A DNA stretch of 62,934 bases, filler included, from Intoshia linei (Eukaryota > Animalia > Orthonectida), in NCBI GenBank assembly GCA_001642005.1. It is 5 parts of 5 records of this genome, joined end to end, with 100 filler letters (N's around TTAATTAATTAA, not from the genome) between each part and the next. Parts side by side here need not be neighbours in the genome. Positions count along the whole stretch, not along the records: positions 40,424 to 58,858 come from LWCA01000778.1; positions 58,959 to 62,934 come from LWCA01002030.1; 3 more parts are not named here. One strand, 5' to 3'. Positions within the stretch are counted from its first letter, which is position 1, and the number at the start of each line of letters is the position of its first letter. Position numbers and translations under genes: made by a program. Below, piece by piece: positions 52,471-62,934 of the stretch. The notes beneath the pieces are model-generated. The model was not told the DNA's origin, did no database searches, and was given only the letters and a program-made list of their open reading frames with translations.

Positions 52471-53936
52471 ATGTTTCAAAATATTTTATTAAACCCAAAA
52501 AATGTAATAACTTGGTCAATTTTATTAAATTTAGCAAATTTTATAACATGTCAAAGCCAATGCAACATTGAAAATAAGGCAGTTGATAATAATTGCCCAA
52601 GAAGACATATTAATTTGAATTGCGTTAGACGTTACCCATTTTGTCCATCAGCAGATGAGTATGGAGTAGTAAGAACCACATCAAGTTGCAACAATAATGT
52701 TTTGTTTGTTTTAGGTAAATTATAGTTTTATTACGTATTCATTATGTCGCATTCATTGTTTAATTCAGCGTTTGACCAATCTTTTTCAACATTATTGCTG
52801 AGTAAAAAATTTTGCCTCATTACAGGAAAATTTTTTTCTATAAATCATTAATGTATTAGGCAGGCACACTATCAAAAGATCGTAAAAAAATAAACTTCAT
52901 AACTAAACTAAATATAGTAAATTGAATTGGATAAAAAGTATTCTCTGGTGTGAACACCATAGAATATTTTTATTTTTTTTTGTAATATGGTTTGTAGGTA
53001 TAATATGGTATCTTAATATTTCAGTTTTAACTTGGATTTGTAGTCTAAATTAAATGAACTAGTTAATGAATTATTTAATTTAAACTTAAACAAAATAAAT
53101 ACGATCTTTTGATTTACGATCATTTGACTACTATCATTTGAATTTACGATCATGTGATTTACGATATTGTGAACGGACACGATTAAGCACGTGATATGCC
53201 TATCTATCCTGTCCACACGTCTAGTTCCCAATAACAATTGGAAAAGTTTTGTATGTACTTTTAATATTTTCTATATTAGATCAAAGTGCTGGTATTGTGG
53301 ATTCTGAGAATTATTGTCCAAAGAAACTATGCAATTTTTCTAAAATTCTAAGTTTCATTCTTGGAGTTGCCAGATCTATTTCATTTGGGGACAATCAACA
53401 TCAACTTCTCATTGGGCATTTTGATAATGCGTCAGGGGTTTATGGATGTCCTACTTTGGATTTTCACGAATTCAAAAATACGTTATTCAATAATTATAAA
53501 AATAAACAGTCTTCAACCAATTTTCAGGTTTTTATAAAAAATATTTCACTTAAATTGAAACAAAAGGTTTTTTTACATTCAAGCAAAAGGAATTTGCAAT
53601 ACATTAATTTTATGTCAAAAGACATGTTTTGTATTCATAAATTTTAGTATTTGTGATTTTGCACACACTTTAATCCACGTGTATTTGTCAGGGATTTTGC
53701 TTAAAAACGTGAGTCACTAAAAATTTTATATTATTCACTATATATTACATATCCATGCTGAATACGGTCTCACACTACTTTACTTTGATTCAGTCAAACT
53801 AATTAAAATTTTATTTTATATAGGAAATGTTTCAATCCATACTTTCGGGAATACAAACATTTAGAAAATTCAATCAAAAAGAAACTACAGTCATTATTAT
53901 ATCAGATATGGACTATGAAAACAAAAACTATGACAA
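52471..53936 (+). CDS. Secreted Cys-rich + von Willebrand factor A domain protein (first three exons)
   Basis: Exons 52471-52714, 53280-53527 and 53824-53936 encode CNIENKAVDNNCPRRHINLNCVRRYPFCP, NVLFVL|DQSAG, TNFQ|EMFQSILSG..TVIIISD (vWA beta/alpha pattern). Confidence 0.75.
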
Positions 53937-54296
53937 GTAAATAATTTCAACCATGCATATTCATTGGCGGCTTCGATCACTAGTAGTAATAGTGAGCTTT
54001 TTTATATTTAATAGTTATCATTATTCACAAATTTCATTTTTTTGGACAAATGCTTAAAATTAAAAAAGGCATCCACATGCAAAATTGGTTTTTCTAATAT
54101 AAAAAAGTGGAAACCCTACCCTACCTATTATAAGCGCCGAATCTACCGTACCTCAGCCCTCTCTTCGGGAATTCGACGAAATTTTTTTAAATTGGAAGCT
54201 TTATTTTTCCAAATTGAACATTAATAATTATATTTTTGATATTCTTTATGATAACTATTTGTGTTCAATTTATAATTTCGAGGCTAGACTCTAGAG

Positions 54297-54443
54297 TAGG
54301 GGTTCCCAAAGTGGGCGATATCGCCCCAAGGGGCGATTATAAAAACATAAATAGAAATTTTTTTAGGGGAGGGATTTAGGAGGGGATTGAGAAAATATAT
54401 TGCTAAAAAGGGGCGGTAGGCAAAATGAGTTTGGGAACCCCTG
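54297..54443. mobile_element. hAT (Charlie-type) MITE
   Basis: TIRs TAGGGGTTCCCAAA / TTTGGGAACCCCTG; TSD CTCTAGAG / CTCTAGAA; internal palindrome GGGCGATATCGCCC. Confidence 0.9.
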
Positions 54444-54567
54444 CTCTAGAATCTTAAAGGTGTGGCTATGGATACGAAACTACGCTTAGTTTGTAAAAAA
54501 ATTTTAAGGTATATTTCTCATTTTCGGTGGCCTATTCTACTTTTTTATTTTACCTCTTATACACAAG

Positions 54568-54890
54568 CAGTGGCGGATTCAAGGGGTGCAGAAGGTGCAG
54601 TTGCACCCCCTAAATTTTTAGTTAATGTTTTGTAAAATAACTGAAAAAGGTTTTAATTTATTAAAACAATATAGATGGCGCATAACATTACATTTTTTTT
54701 ATTTTTGTGAAAAAATACAAATTTGGAAACTATTGTATAACAACATGAAATTATAAGAGACGCTTTAAAATCAAACTAGACGCCTTGATATTAAAAGAGA
54801 CTCCCTAAAAATTTTTTTCCCTTGGGCGAAGTTAAATATATTGCTCGCTTCGCTCGCACCCCATTAACTAGCCTCTTGGGTCCGCCCTTG
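54568..54890. mobile_element. MITE with CAGTGGCGGA-type termini
   Basis: CAGTGGCGGA ... TCCGCCCTTG with GCACCCC subterminal motifs; flanked on both sides by ACAAG. Confidence 0.75.
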
Positions 54891-55124
54891 ACAAGAATAC
54901 ATTTTATTTACTTTAAATTTAGAAAATTCGTTTTGAGGCTTATCTTTTTGGGTTAATTGTGAGGAATTAAACCGACACTAAAATCTAAAATAAATCAATT
55001 AGAACTAAATTTCAAAAAAAATGTAAAAAAATTATGGCAAAACCACCAAAACATCGGATACATAACAATCATGGATATATAGCTGATAATTATCAGCATT
55101 ATAATATAATATGAGAATATTCTT

Positions 55125-55360
55125 AAACCCAACCAGTTTTACTTAAATCCAACGAGTTTTACCAAAAATCCACTGTTACCAACCCTTAAGTGATAACCCC
55201 ACTTTTACAAATCCCTAAGCGAAAAATCGAGTTTTATCAGCGCTTAAGAGAAAAATTCCAATTTTACCTAACCTTAAGGCTTAACGGATTAATCCACTTT
55301 TACAATTTACAAACCCTAAAACGAAAAATCCAGTTATACCAAGCCTAAAAGGTTAAAACC
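55125..55360 (+). repeat. Degenerate ~38-bp tandem array (inverse of the array at about 26450-26640)
   Basis: Repeated CCCTTAAG..AAAAATCCAGTTTTACCAA-like units. Confidence 0.55.
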
Positions 55361-56360
55361 TGAACTGCATTTTTCCTTTTAATAAAATTAATTTTTAATT
55401 GTACATTGTTAATGTACATTGTACATATTTATTATACAGTGTAACCTCTTCAAGTCAAACACTGGCTAATTCACAATTATCAGTAATAATTAAAATTTAA
55501 ATATTTTATCTAAATTTTTAAATCTTAGTAACATTTAATTTTACCACCTTTCTATTGTTATATTATCATGTGCTATCACGCACAATTTGCCTTTATAATT
55601 GCAAATGTAAATTTACACAAATTTATTGCTTTGAGTTATAGAGGTTCCCCTGTAATTTCAATAATTGCGTTTGAGACTCCCAAATTGGGAGAGAGTAAAT
55701 ATTAACCGATAAAAAATTGTTATAATGAAAAAAGGCATTGAACAGCAAAATGGATTTTTGTAACTCTAAAAAAAGTATTAAAATTGGACATCCTATTTTA
55801 CGTACTATATAAAAATGTATAAACTGTTTAGAAATTACGTTAAAGAGAAAATGGAGTATATTAATCAATTAAATACAAAATTTATTGTTATTGGTAAAAC
55901 GGGCACATACAAAAATGAATTTCGAAAAAGTAAATTTTAAAAAATCAAAATTCTATTTCAATACAGGGATACCTCAGTTAAAATGGTTGACATAAGCCTA
56001 ATATTTTCAATGAAAGTATTTCATACTATTAAATTTTTACCAGCGTTTCCTAAATGCTGGTCTGCAGACCAGTACTGGTCCGCGAAATAATTTTGAAAAT
56101 ATCTTTATTAATTAAAAGTGTTACGTTTAAATTTATTACGTTTTTTATCAATTTTTAGCGAACTACAAAACATTATAATGATAATTTAGTTCACAGTCAA
56201 ATGAAGTTGATTGATTTTTATAAACTAAACAGTTGGGATCAATTAAATGACTACATTTCAAACGTATCGGAAAAAATTTGCTTTCATGTAATTTTTTAAA
56301 ACCCATAAAAACTACATAATTGTAGATATAATTTTATCATATTTAAACTAAGTATTCTAG

Positions 56361-57431
56361 CCATTGCCACCAATGCTCCCACCAATTTTTCCTAACAAAT
56401 TACAACTTCCATCTATACCAATGTATCATATTATAAATGACTCAAAGTGCCGTAATGCATTGTATAATATTAAAAATTGTCACATATAGTTTGTCGAAAT
56501 GAAAGTAAATGTATTGTTCAAATTTACAATAGAGAATGTTATAGAAAACATTTAACAACCTCTTGCACAAAAAGTTGTCCAATACAAAATATCGATGCAG
56601 AGTGTCGACTTTGTCATAATAATTTATCTGGACAAGTTATTATAGCTTACGGTAAATTTTAATGCCATAATTAACAATAGTAAAAAACTAAAAAAATTAG
56701 ATGTAAGTAAAACAATCGTCGATTCCCAACCCACATGCGTTAAAGATATTTGTGCAATTCAAGATATATTTTCATTTTCTAAATTGTTGATGAAGAAAAT
56801 TTTGATCAAATCACCGACAGTCAAGATACGTCTAACTGCCTTTGACGGATCAAATATTTATAATTATGGAACATCGAATAATTATCATATGCTTGAAATC
56901 TATCTGCATCATAATTTCATCAATTTTGAAAAAAATTCTCATTCTTCTGTAAATTTAAAATGTTTTAATTTGTATTCTCTCTTTCATTTAGAGTTTTTTT
57001 TTGTTATTGTACAACATTTTGAAACACAGCGAACAATTCGAAAATTACAATATAATTGTTGTAACGGATGGCTTATTCACTAGAAAAATTTCGTACAATT
57101 TAATCATCATCATTTAATATTATTTAACTATAATAAATAGCAGATATAAATATATAATAATCATTAATATTTAGAACTGTTCCTACAAAAATAAGGAATA
57201 TTTTAAAACTGAAAAATTACAATATTATATTAATCGGAAAATTCAAAGTACCTCAATATGATATTAGGCAAAGTAATTTTAATTTTATCAACATTAAATT
57301 TGAAAATTAATTAAATTGGTTTAGATCTTAGATCCTACAACGCCATTAATAGACGAATTAAATTATTTGGATTAAGTAAATGGTCAGATTTGAACTCGAA
57401 ACTTGTACTACTTCAGGAAATTTTGTGTTAG
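56361..57431 (+). CDS. Pro-rich linker + Cys-rich + vWA domain exons (second domain of the 52471 gene, or a third paralog)
   Basis: PLPPMLPP, CIVQIYNRECYRKHLTTSC, QVIIAY|DVSKT (MIDAS, same phase-1 intron), IRLTAFD, IIVVTDG, and the end WSDLNSKLVLLQEILC*. Confidence 0.7.
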
Positions 57432-57598
57432 TTTAAAATTCATAAAAAATTCATAAATGAAAATTTACAATCATGAATATTTAGATCGAGTTCGTTATGC
57501 AGTCAGTTAAATAGTGAGGATGAATAATTTGATGAATTATATTTAGTTCAATATAATATATTATAGCAAATAAAATTTAAATATATATTTGGTCACAT

Positions 57599-58348
57599 TT
57601 ACATTAAATATACATTCCATTCAACTTTGTGAGATAAAATGGCAGATAAGATTAATTCAGAGTCATAACATTTAATGCCCCGTTTTTTAAATTCAAAGAT
57701 TTCTTGATCGAATTTGGAATTGTTTGCATTTTTCAATAATTTTCGTTTATCTTTTGATAAAATAGAAAATTGAATGTCATTATTCTTTTTATTTGGCTTA
57801 GCTTGTAAACATTTCCCGCCAATCATTTTTATTAAATCTTAAAAAATAATAAAAATGATACTTAAATTAATTCATTAATTCAGTGACCACCAAACTATAA
57901 ACACATTTTTTTTTAAATAAATCCACTTATCAATGTTAATTAAAAGTAGAAAATACCGGTATTGTATCATTTTCATATTTATATTACGATTTATTACATA
58001 ATCACTCTTAGACCATTAAAAACTTGATAATATTCGAATAATTAATATATTAGATAGAAAAATCAGTCTTAAATTTAAAGCATATCATTCTTTATCTGAT
58101 TGCAAATCTTGTAATTTTTATTTTGAGTTAATCCAACCACCGGTTTAAGCGTTTAGTGGTCAATGACCACTGCACTAAATTATTAAAAATATCACTTTTA
58201 AGTACATATTGAGGTGGAATAGTGTTGGGTAACAAATAAAATACTTTTGAATGTAATATATTCCGGTTTGAACGAAATAACTTTAAAGTTTTTTCCAGTT
58301 TGAAAGCATACTTGTTTTCAAACAGAATATCTTTAAGAGTATAATTTT
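57599..58348 (-). CDS. C-terminal tandem BRCT region of an MDC1/PAXIP1-like protein (last two exons)
   Basis: Exon 58348-58196 (NYTLKDILFENKYAFKLEKTL..FYLLPNTIPPQYVLK) splices in phase 1 to exon 57837-57599 (NLIKMIGGKCL...YDSELILSAILSHKVEW). This matches the BRCT linker + BRCT2 pattern of MDC1/PTIP. Confidence 0.7.
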
Positions 58349-58368
58349 CTAAAATTAAGTTAAATTTA

Positions 58369-58858
58369 TTAGGTCGTTTCATAAGTAATGTCGTTTTTAT
58401 TGTAACTTTATTATAAATCATTATATCTTTACGAATATTTACTGTAAGTGCGTTATTTTTTTATTTTTACGAAATATGGACAAAATGTGTATTCGATGAA
58501 AGAGTAATTTCCGATGACAAACATATTTTTAATAGTATTTAGAGAAACAAGTAGAAGATTATGATGGTCATATCAGACATATTTTACTTTATGAGTTTCA
58601 TATGGGGCATACCGTATCGGAAACTAATGAAAATATATGTAATGTTTATGCAAAGATGCTATCAACATATGAAAAACTCAAAGATGGTTCTTAAAGTTCA
58701 GACAAAACAATTATAACCTAGAAAATGTCCAACGTTCCGGTAGACCTAGTCTAGTAGATGAAGACAAAATTAAAGAGGAATTGATAAAATCTCCAATTAA
58801 TCTCGATTTGGGTTCCTCATTTATTGACTAGTCAACACAAATTAAATCGTTTAAATAC
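58369..58858 (+). mobile_element. mariner left end and decayed N-terminal HTH
   Basis: TA|TTAGGTCGTTTCATAAGTAATGTCGTTTTTAT is the inverse of the 41069 TIR. Also FYEFHMGHTVSET and LENVQRSGRPSLVDEDKIK. Confidence 0.8.
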
Positions 58859-58958
58859 NNNNNNNNNNNNNNNNNNNNNNNNNNNNNNNNNNNNNNNNNN
58901 NNTTAATTAATTAANNNNNNNNNNNNNNNNNNNNNNNNNNNNNNNNNNNNNNNNNNNN
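58859..58958. other. Assembly spacer
   Basis: N44-TTAATTAATTAA-N44. Confidence 0.97.
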
Positions 58959-59039
58959 GTTGGTATAGTTGAAATTTTGTATCGAAATCAACACTAATTT
59001 TGAATATTGGATAAATATGTAAAAAGTGGTACTACTTAC

Positions 59040-59394
59040 ATAGGGCTAATGAAAAGATAAAATATCCACATGAATAGTCTTCCTTACAATCATCATCCAA
59101 GTTATCAGGAATGAAAACGAAAATAATTGCAGCCATGCCGGTATCACGCAAGTGACCACCAACACATCCAACAGAAAGGACCCAAATAGATTAATTAAAA
59201 AATATATTTCATGGAGGCAGAGACGCCTTAAATTTTACTACAGAAATGCATCTCTGCCAGGGATTCTTATTAATTTACATTATTATTTGTTTAACATTAC
59301 CTCAGTATTCCATATCTTCTCTCAAGATGGCGTTAAATAGTATCATTAACGTTATGAGCCGTAGATATGGAGCCGTTGCTGTCACATACATTAC
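59040..59394 (-). pseudogene. Decayed SLC6 (Na+:neurotransmitter symporter)-like fragment
   Basis: An AG acceptor is followed by VMYVTATAPY (SLC6 GK|VVYxTATxPY motif), and later YSCGYFIFS. Stops and frameshifts lie between. Confidence 0.45.
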
Positions 59395-59819
59395 CTATAT
59401 AATTATAGCTATTAATGATGCTATTAAATCTGAAGTTTGAAGAATCTTGTAGATTTAAAGCCCGAATCTAACATTATCAAAATAGAAATGCAAATACATG
59501 TGCTCCAAAAAATTTATTAATATTAGAGTGAAATTACAGTAACAGTTTCAACTGAACTGTAACTTCACTATTACTTTATTAATATTATTTATTCACTTTA
59601 TCACACAGTCAAATTATGTTCATATCTATTGACGACCTTCAAACAGATCAAACATTTATTGTTTTTCAAACAAACACAAAATTTTAGGCGGTTTTGCTAG
59701 TTTTAAAAATTATTGCAATAAAATACTAGAATTTAAACACGCATTCACAACAAAATTAAAGTCAATTACACAATTAAATTTTATTAATAAAATAAATGTT
59801 TTACTAATTGAAAAATAAA

Positions 59820-60103
59820 TTTTAATTATGGCTGATAGGCATCGGATTTAAACCCTATAGAAAATTACTGGAGCATGATAAAAATGTAACATATTGAAAT
59901 TACCTTAATAATTATTTGTATTAATAATTTAGAAAATTATATTCTGCTGGGAATGCGATTGAAGAGGTATGTCAGAACGTGTCAAGAATTTGACCGATTC
60001 GGTCGATGGTAACTACATTAAACATTAGAACAAAATTTTAACGATCTGATCCATCAAATTTAGTATGATTCATTGCATTTGCATAATATTTTGGCACAGA
60101 GTG
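59820..60103 (+). mobile_element. Tc1 3' remnant
   Basis: SDLNPIENYWSMIK, with terminus GCATAATATTTTGGCACAGAGTG|TA. Confidence 0.7.
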
Positions 60104-61419
60104 TAGTATAATATGTATAATAATAATGTAAATTTTATTTAAAAAAATTCATGACATCATTATTTTGCCCATCTAAACTACATTATCATATATCGTATAA
60201 TTTATTCTATTAATTTCCAAATACCTTTTGGATCTTTTCTGAACCTGAATACTCGTTCCAGCGTCATATATCACAGTTAAGTATAAAATTATGTATATAT
60301 ATGTGGGAGTTAATATGATTATAATAATCGTTACTAAAATGAGGGCCGGTATACACTGATCTTTAAGATGTTGGAGACAAACAGAACACCCTTTCTTGGT
60401 GTATACTTTTTGAAGTTCACATACCTCTAAATTTAAATTAATACTAAATTGTATATTTAATCGGCTAAATAATCGAATGTAGTGTACGGCGCAGTAAAAC
60501 AGTGGCCCATGGTGTTAAAAATTTTAAAAATTTAATTTTGATTCAAATTAGATTAAAAGTTAATAAATTGTATACAATATATATATATATATAATACATT
60601 GTATTGCATTAAAATCCTAAGTTAGGATTCCTAACTTATATATATATAATAAAATATTTTTGGCTTAAAATTGTTTCTAAATTTACATAATTGAGATTTT
60701 ACTGTACTCAAAAAGAATATTTCAAATTATTAGTATCCATGATATTTTTTATGAATTATTAATTTAAATTTAAATATAATCAAAATTGTAGACTAAGTTT
60801 TAAAAATATTTTTGAAATGAAGATATTAAAGTGATTAACACATAGATTTCAAAAATTACATAATTATTATAATTTTAATCAGTTATTAAAATTAGCTTAA
60901 AAAGTATTAAAAATTTTCAATAATTAGCTTAAAAGTTATTGGATCTACGTAAAACATTAAAATAGACTATGTTTCATTGTAACTGCGTAAAACAAATTAT
61001 TCACTTATTTAATAAATACTTAAAAATACCAATTATGTATCAATAATTAACCAAATCTTCACTTTATAAATATTTCAGGCGAATTTTACCAATATTGCAA
61101 AATATTGTAATACATATAAAAATGATAATAACAAAGTTGTATCACTTTTAGTAGTCGTTGTTATAGTATTAATTTAAATTTCATACAAAAGGTTTTAAAA
61201 ATGAAAATTTGAAATTTAAAAATTGCGTAGAAATGAAAAAAATTCCAAAGGAATGAATTCTATAGATTTTCACCACATTTGTTTATTCGAAATGTGTAGA
61301 TCTATTTTTTTATATTTTACAAATTTATTATTACATATACATATAAAATATATACAAATACATTATACAAATGTACATTTTTTTTGAAATTTTAGGATCC
61401 ATATTTACATTTTCAATTC

Positions 61420-61880
61420 TTAATTATCCAAATTATTTTTCACCCAGAATGCGTAGATTTATGGGGTTGAAATTTTGTATTCATATCAACTGGAATAAGC
61501 TCTGTCAAAACAATATTTTTTTTTAATTTTCGAACCGTTAATTATTTCACATTTTTTGTTTTAATTAAATATTTCGGAAAAAAAATATATGGATACTAAA
61601 ATGCTTTTTTGACCGTAAAGGCTTCAATTATTCAGATTGAAATTTTTTGTTTGTCTTAACCAGACACAACTGTACTACTTCTAAATTTTTTTTAAATTTA
61701 AATTTATCATAACATTTATGATTTTAAAATCCGTATCAGAGTATATTTTTTTAAATTCTCCAACTTGTTTGATTTTCAAAAAAAAATACAATTGGGGTGT
61801 TTGACCCGTAAGATGTGAGTTTGGGAGGTTGAAATTTATTTTGCTAACACCTCTGGAAAAAAACTGTAATTGAAATGTAC
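61420..61880 (-). mobile_element. Helitron family copy (single internal unit)
   Basis: Co-linear with 2680-3260 and 22000-22400. Confidence 0.7.
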
Positions 61881-62934
61881 TAAAAATTCACATCCGTAAT
61901 GTATATGTAGCATCTACATTAAAGATACTTCAGGATACACCAAATTTAAATTGAACACGGTTAGTAATGTTATATAATTATATATATACCTTTACATTCA
62001 TCATCCACTATTGCATAATTCTGATAACACTTCTGACACTTTACCCTAGTGTTTTTAATTAAACATTGCTTACATTTAAGTATATCAACAAATAATATTT
62101 ATTAAATTAAAGTTAAAATTTTAAAATATTCAAAAGTGTTTTGTTAATTAAATTTACTTTTTTGGTAGAATAAAAATGTACTCTAAACAGAACTAGGTAC
62201 TGTTTGTACGTAGTAATTAACAGTCACGTATTTTAAATATAATCTTATTATATTAAAGTTAACATTTTAAGATATTCAAAAGTATTATGTTAATTAAATA
62301 ATCTATTTGCTTTTCCACCACTCTGTTAAATAGTTAAAATATAAGAATTGTTACTTGTACATGCATCATTTTTATCATTTAGTATAAATCCATGACATCT
62401 ACCACATACAGAGCTATTATCATGTTTATGCCAACAATTTTTAACTAAAAGAAAAAATATAGTGTAATTTACCTACAAAATTTTTTTAATAAATGTAACT
62501 TTTTGGACTATCAAAACATTTTTTATAAAGAATCCTATATTTTGTTAATAATAAATTCATACATATTAAAACAACTTTTTTTTCAATTTTAGCTTACTAA
62601 TGATATGCGTCATATCCTACGAAGTTATAGGAATTTTTTTATTTTACAAGTGGTTCACTGTCAAAAAAATTTCAAAACCATTGATTTCAATTATTAACTG
62701 GAACTTATCTTGTTAATATCAGGAACAAGTGCTTTATTTATTAACCGTTTTACAATAGATGAGATTTTCGTCTTCATTATTTTGCGATTATTCGATTCTG
62801 GAAATGAATAATGAAAAATGATAATAACAAATTTTTATTACTTTTAATAGTCGTTGTTATAATTTTAATTTAAATTTTGTCATGCTTAAAAAAACATTAA
62901 TCATATAAAAGTATTGCTAAATTACCTATATTGT

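Noticed and set aside
53100-53175. TTTACGATCA-type minisatellite
   Set aside because: Short, ordinary degenerate tandem repeat in an intron.

Overview
Very AT-rich animal (invertebrate) genomic DNA. It consists of five contigs joined by artificial 100-nt spacers (44N-TTAATTAATTAA-44N). Host genes have mostly tiny (about 27-50 nt) GT-AG introns. Recognisable genes: SLC35C2 (+); the C-terminal half of fibrocystin-L/PKHD1L1 (+); a KDM5/JARID1 histone demethylase (+); the tandem-BRCT end of an MDC1/PAXIP1-like gene (-); an orphan secreted/membrane glycoprotein (-); a tandem family of secreted Cys-rich + vWA proteins, one copy of which is a pseudogene; and a decayed SLC6 fragment. Intergenic and long intronic DNA is full of transposon relics: an abundant non-autonomous Helitron family, hAT (Buster/Charlie, hATm) elements and MITEs, Tc1/Tc3, mariner, pogo and piggyBac MITEs, a Mag-clade Gypsy 5' end and a LINE endonuclease fragment. 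Tiny introns plus low GC would fit a compact-genome parasite such as an orthonectid, but this is inference only. There are no CRISPR arrays, rRNA or intact tRNA genes. The best candidates for novelty are the vWA family, a twice-occurring structured GC-rich motif, large intronic fold-backs in PKHD1L1, and a possible highly diverged FGF-like gene.
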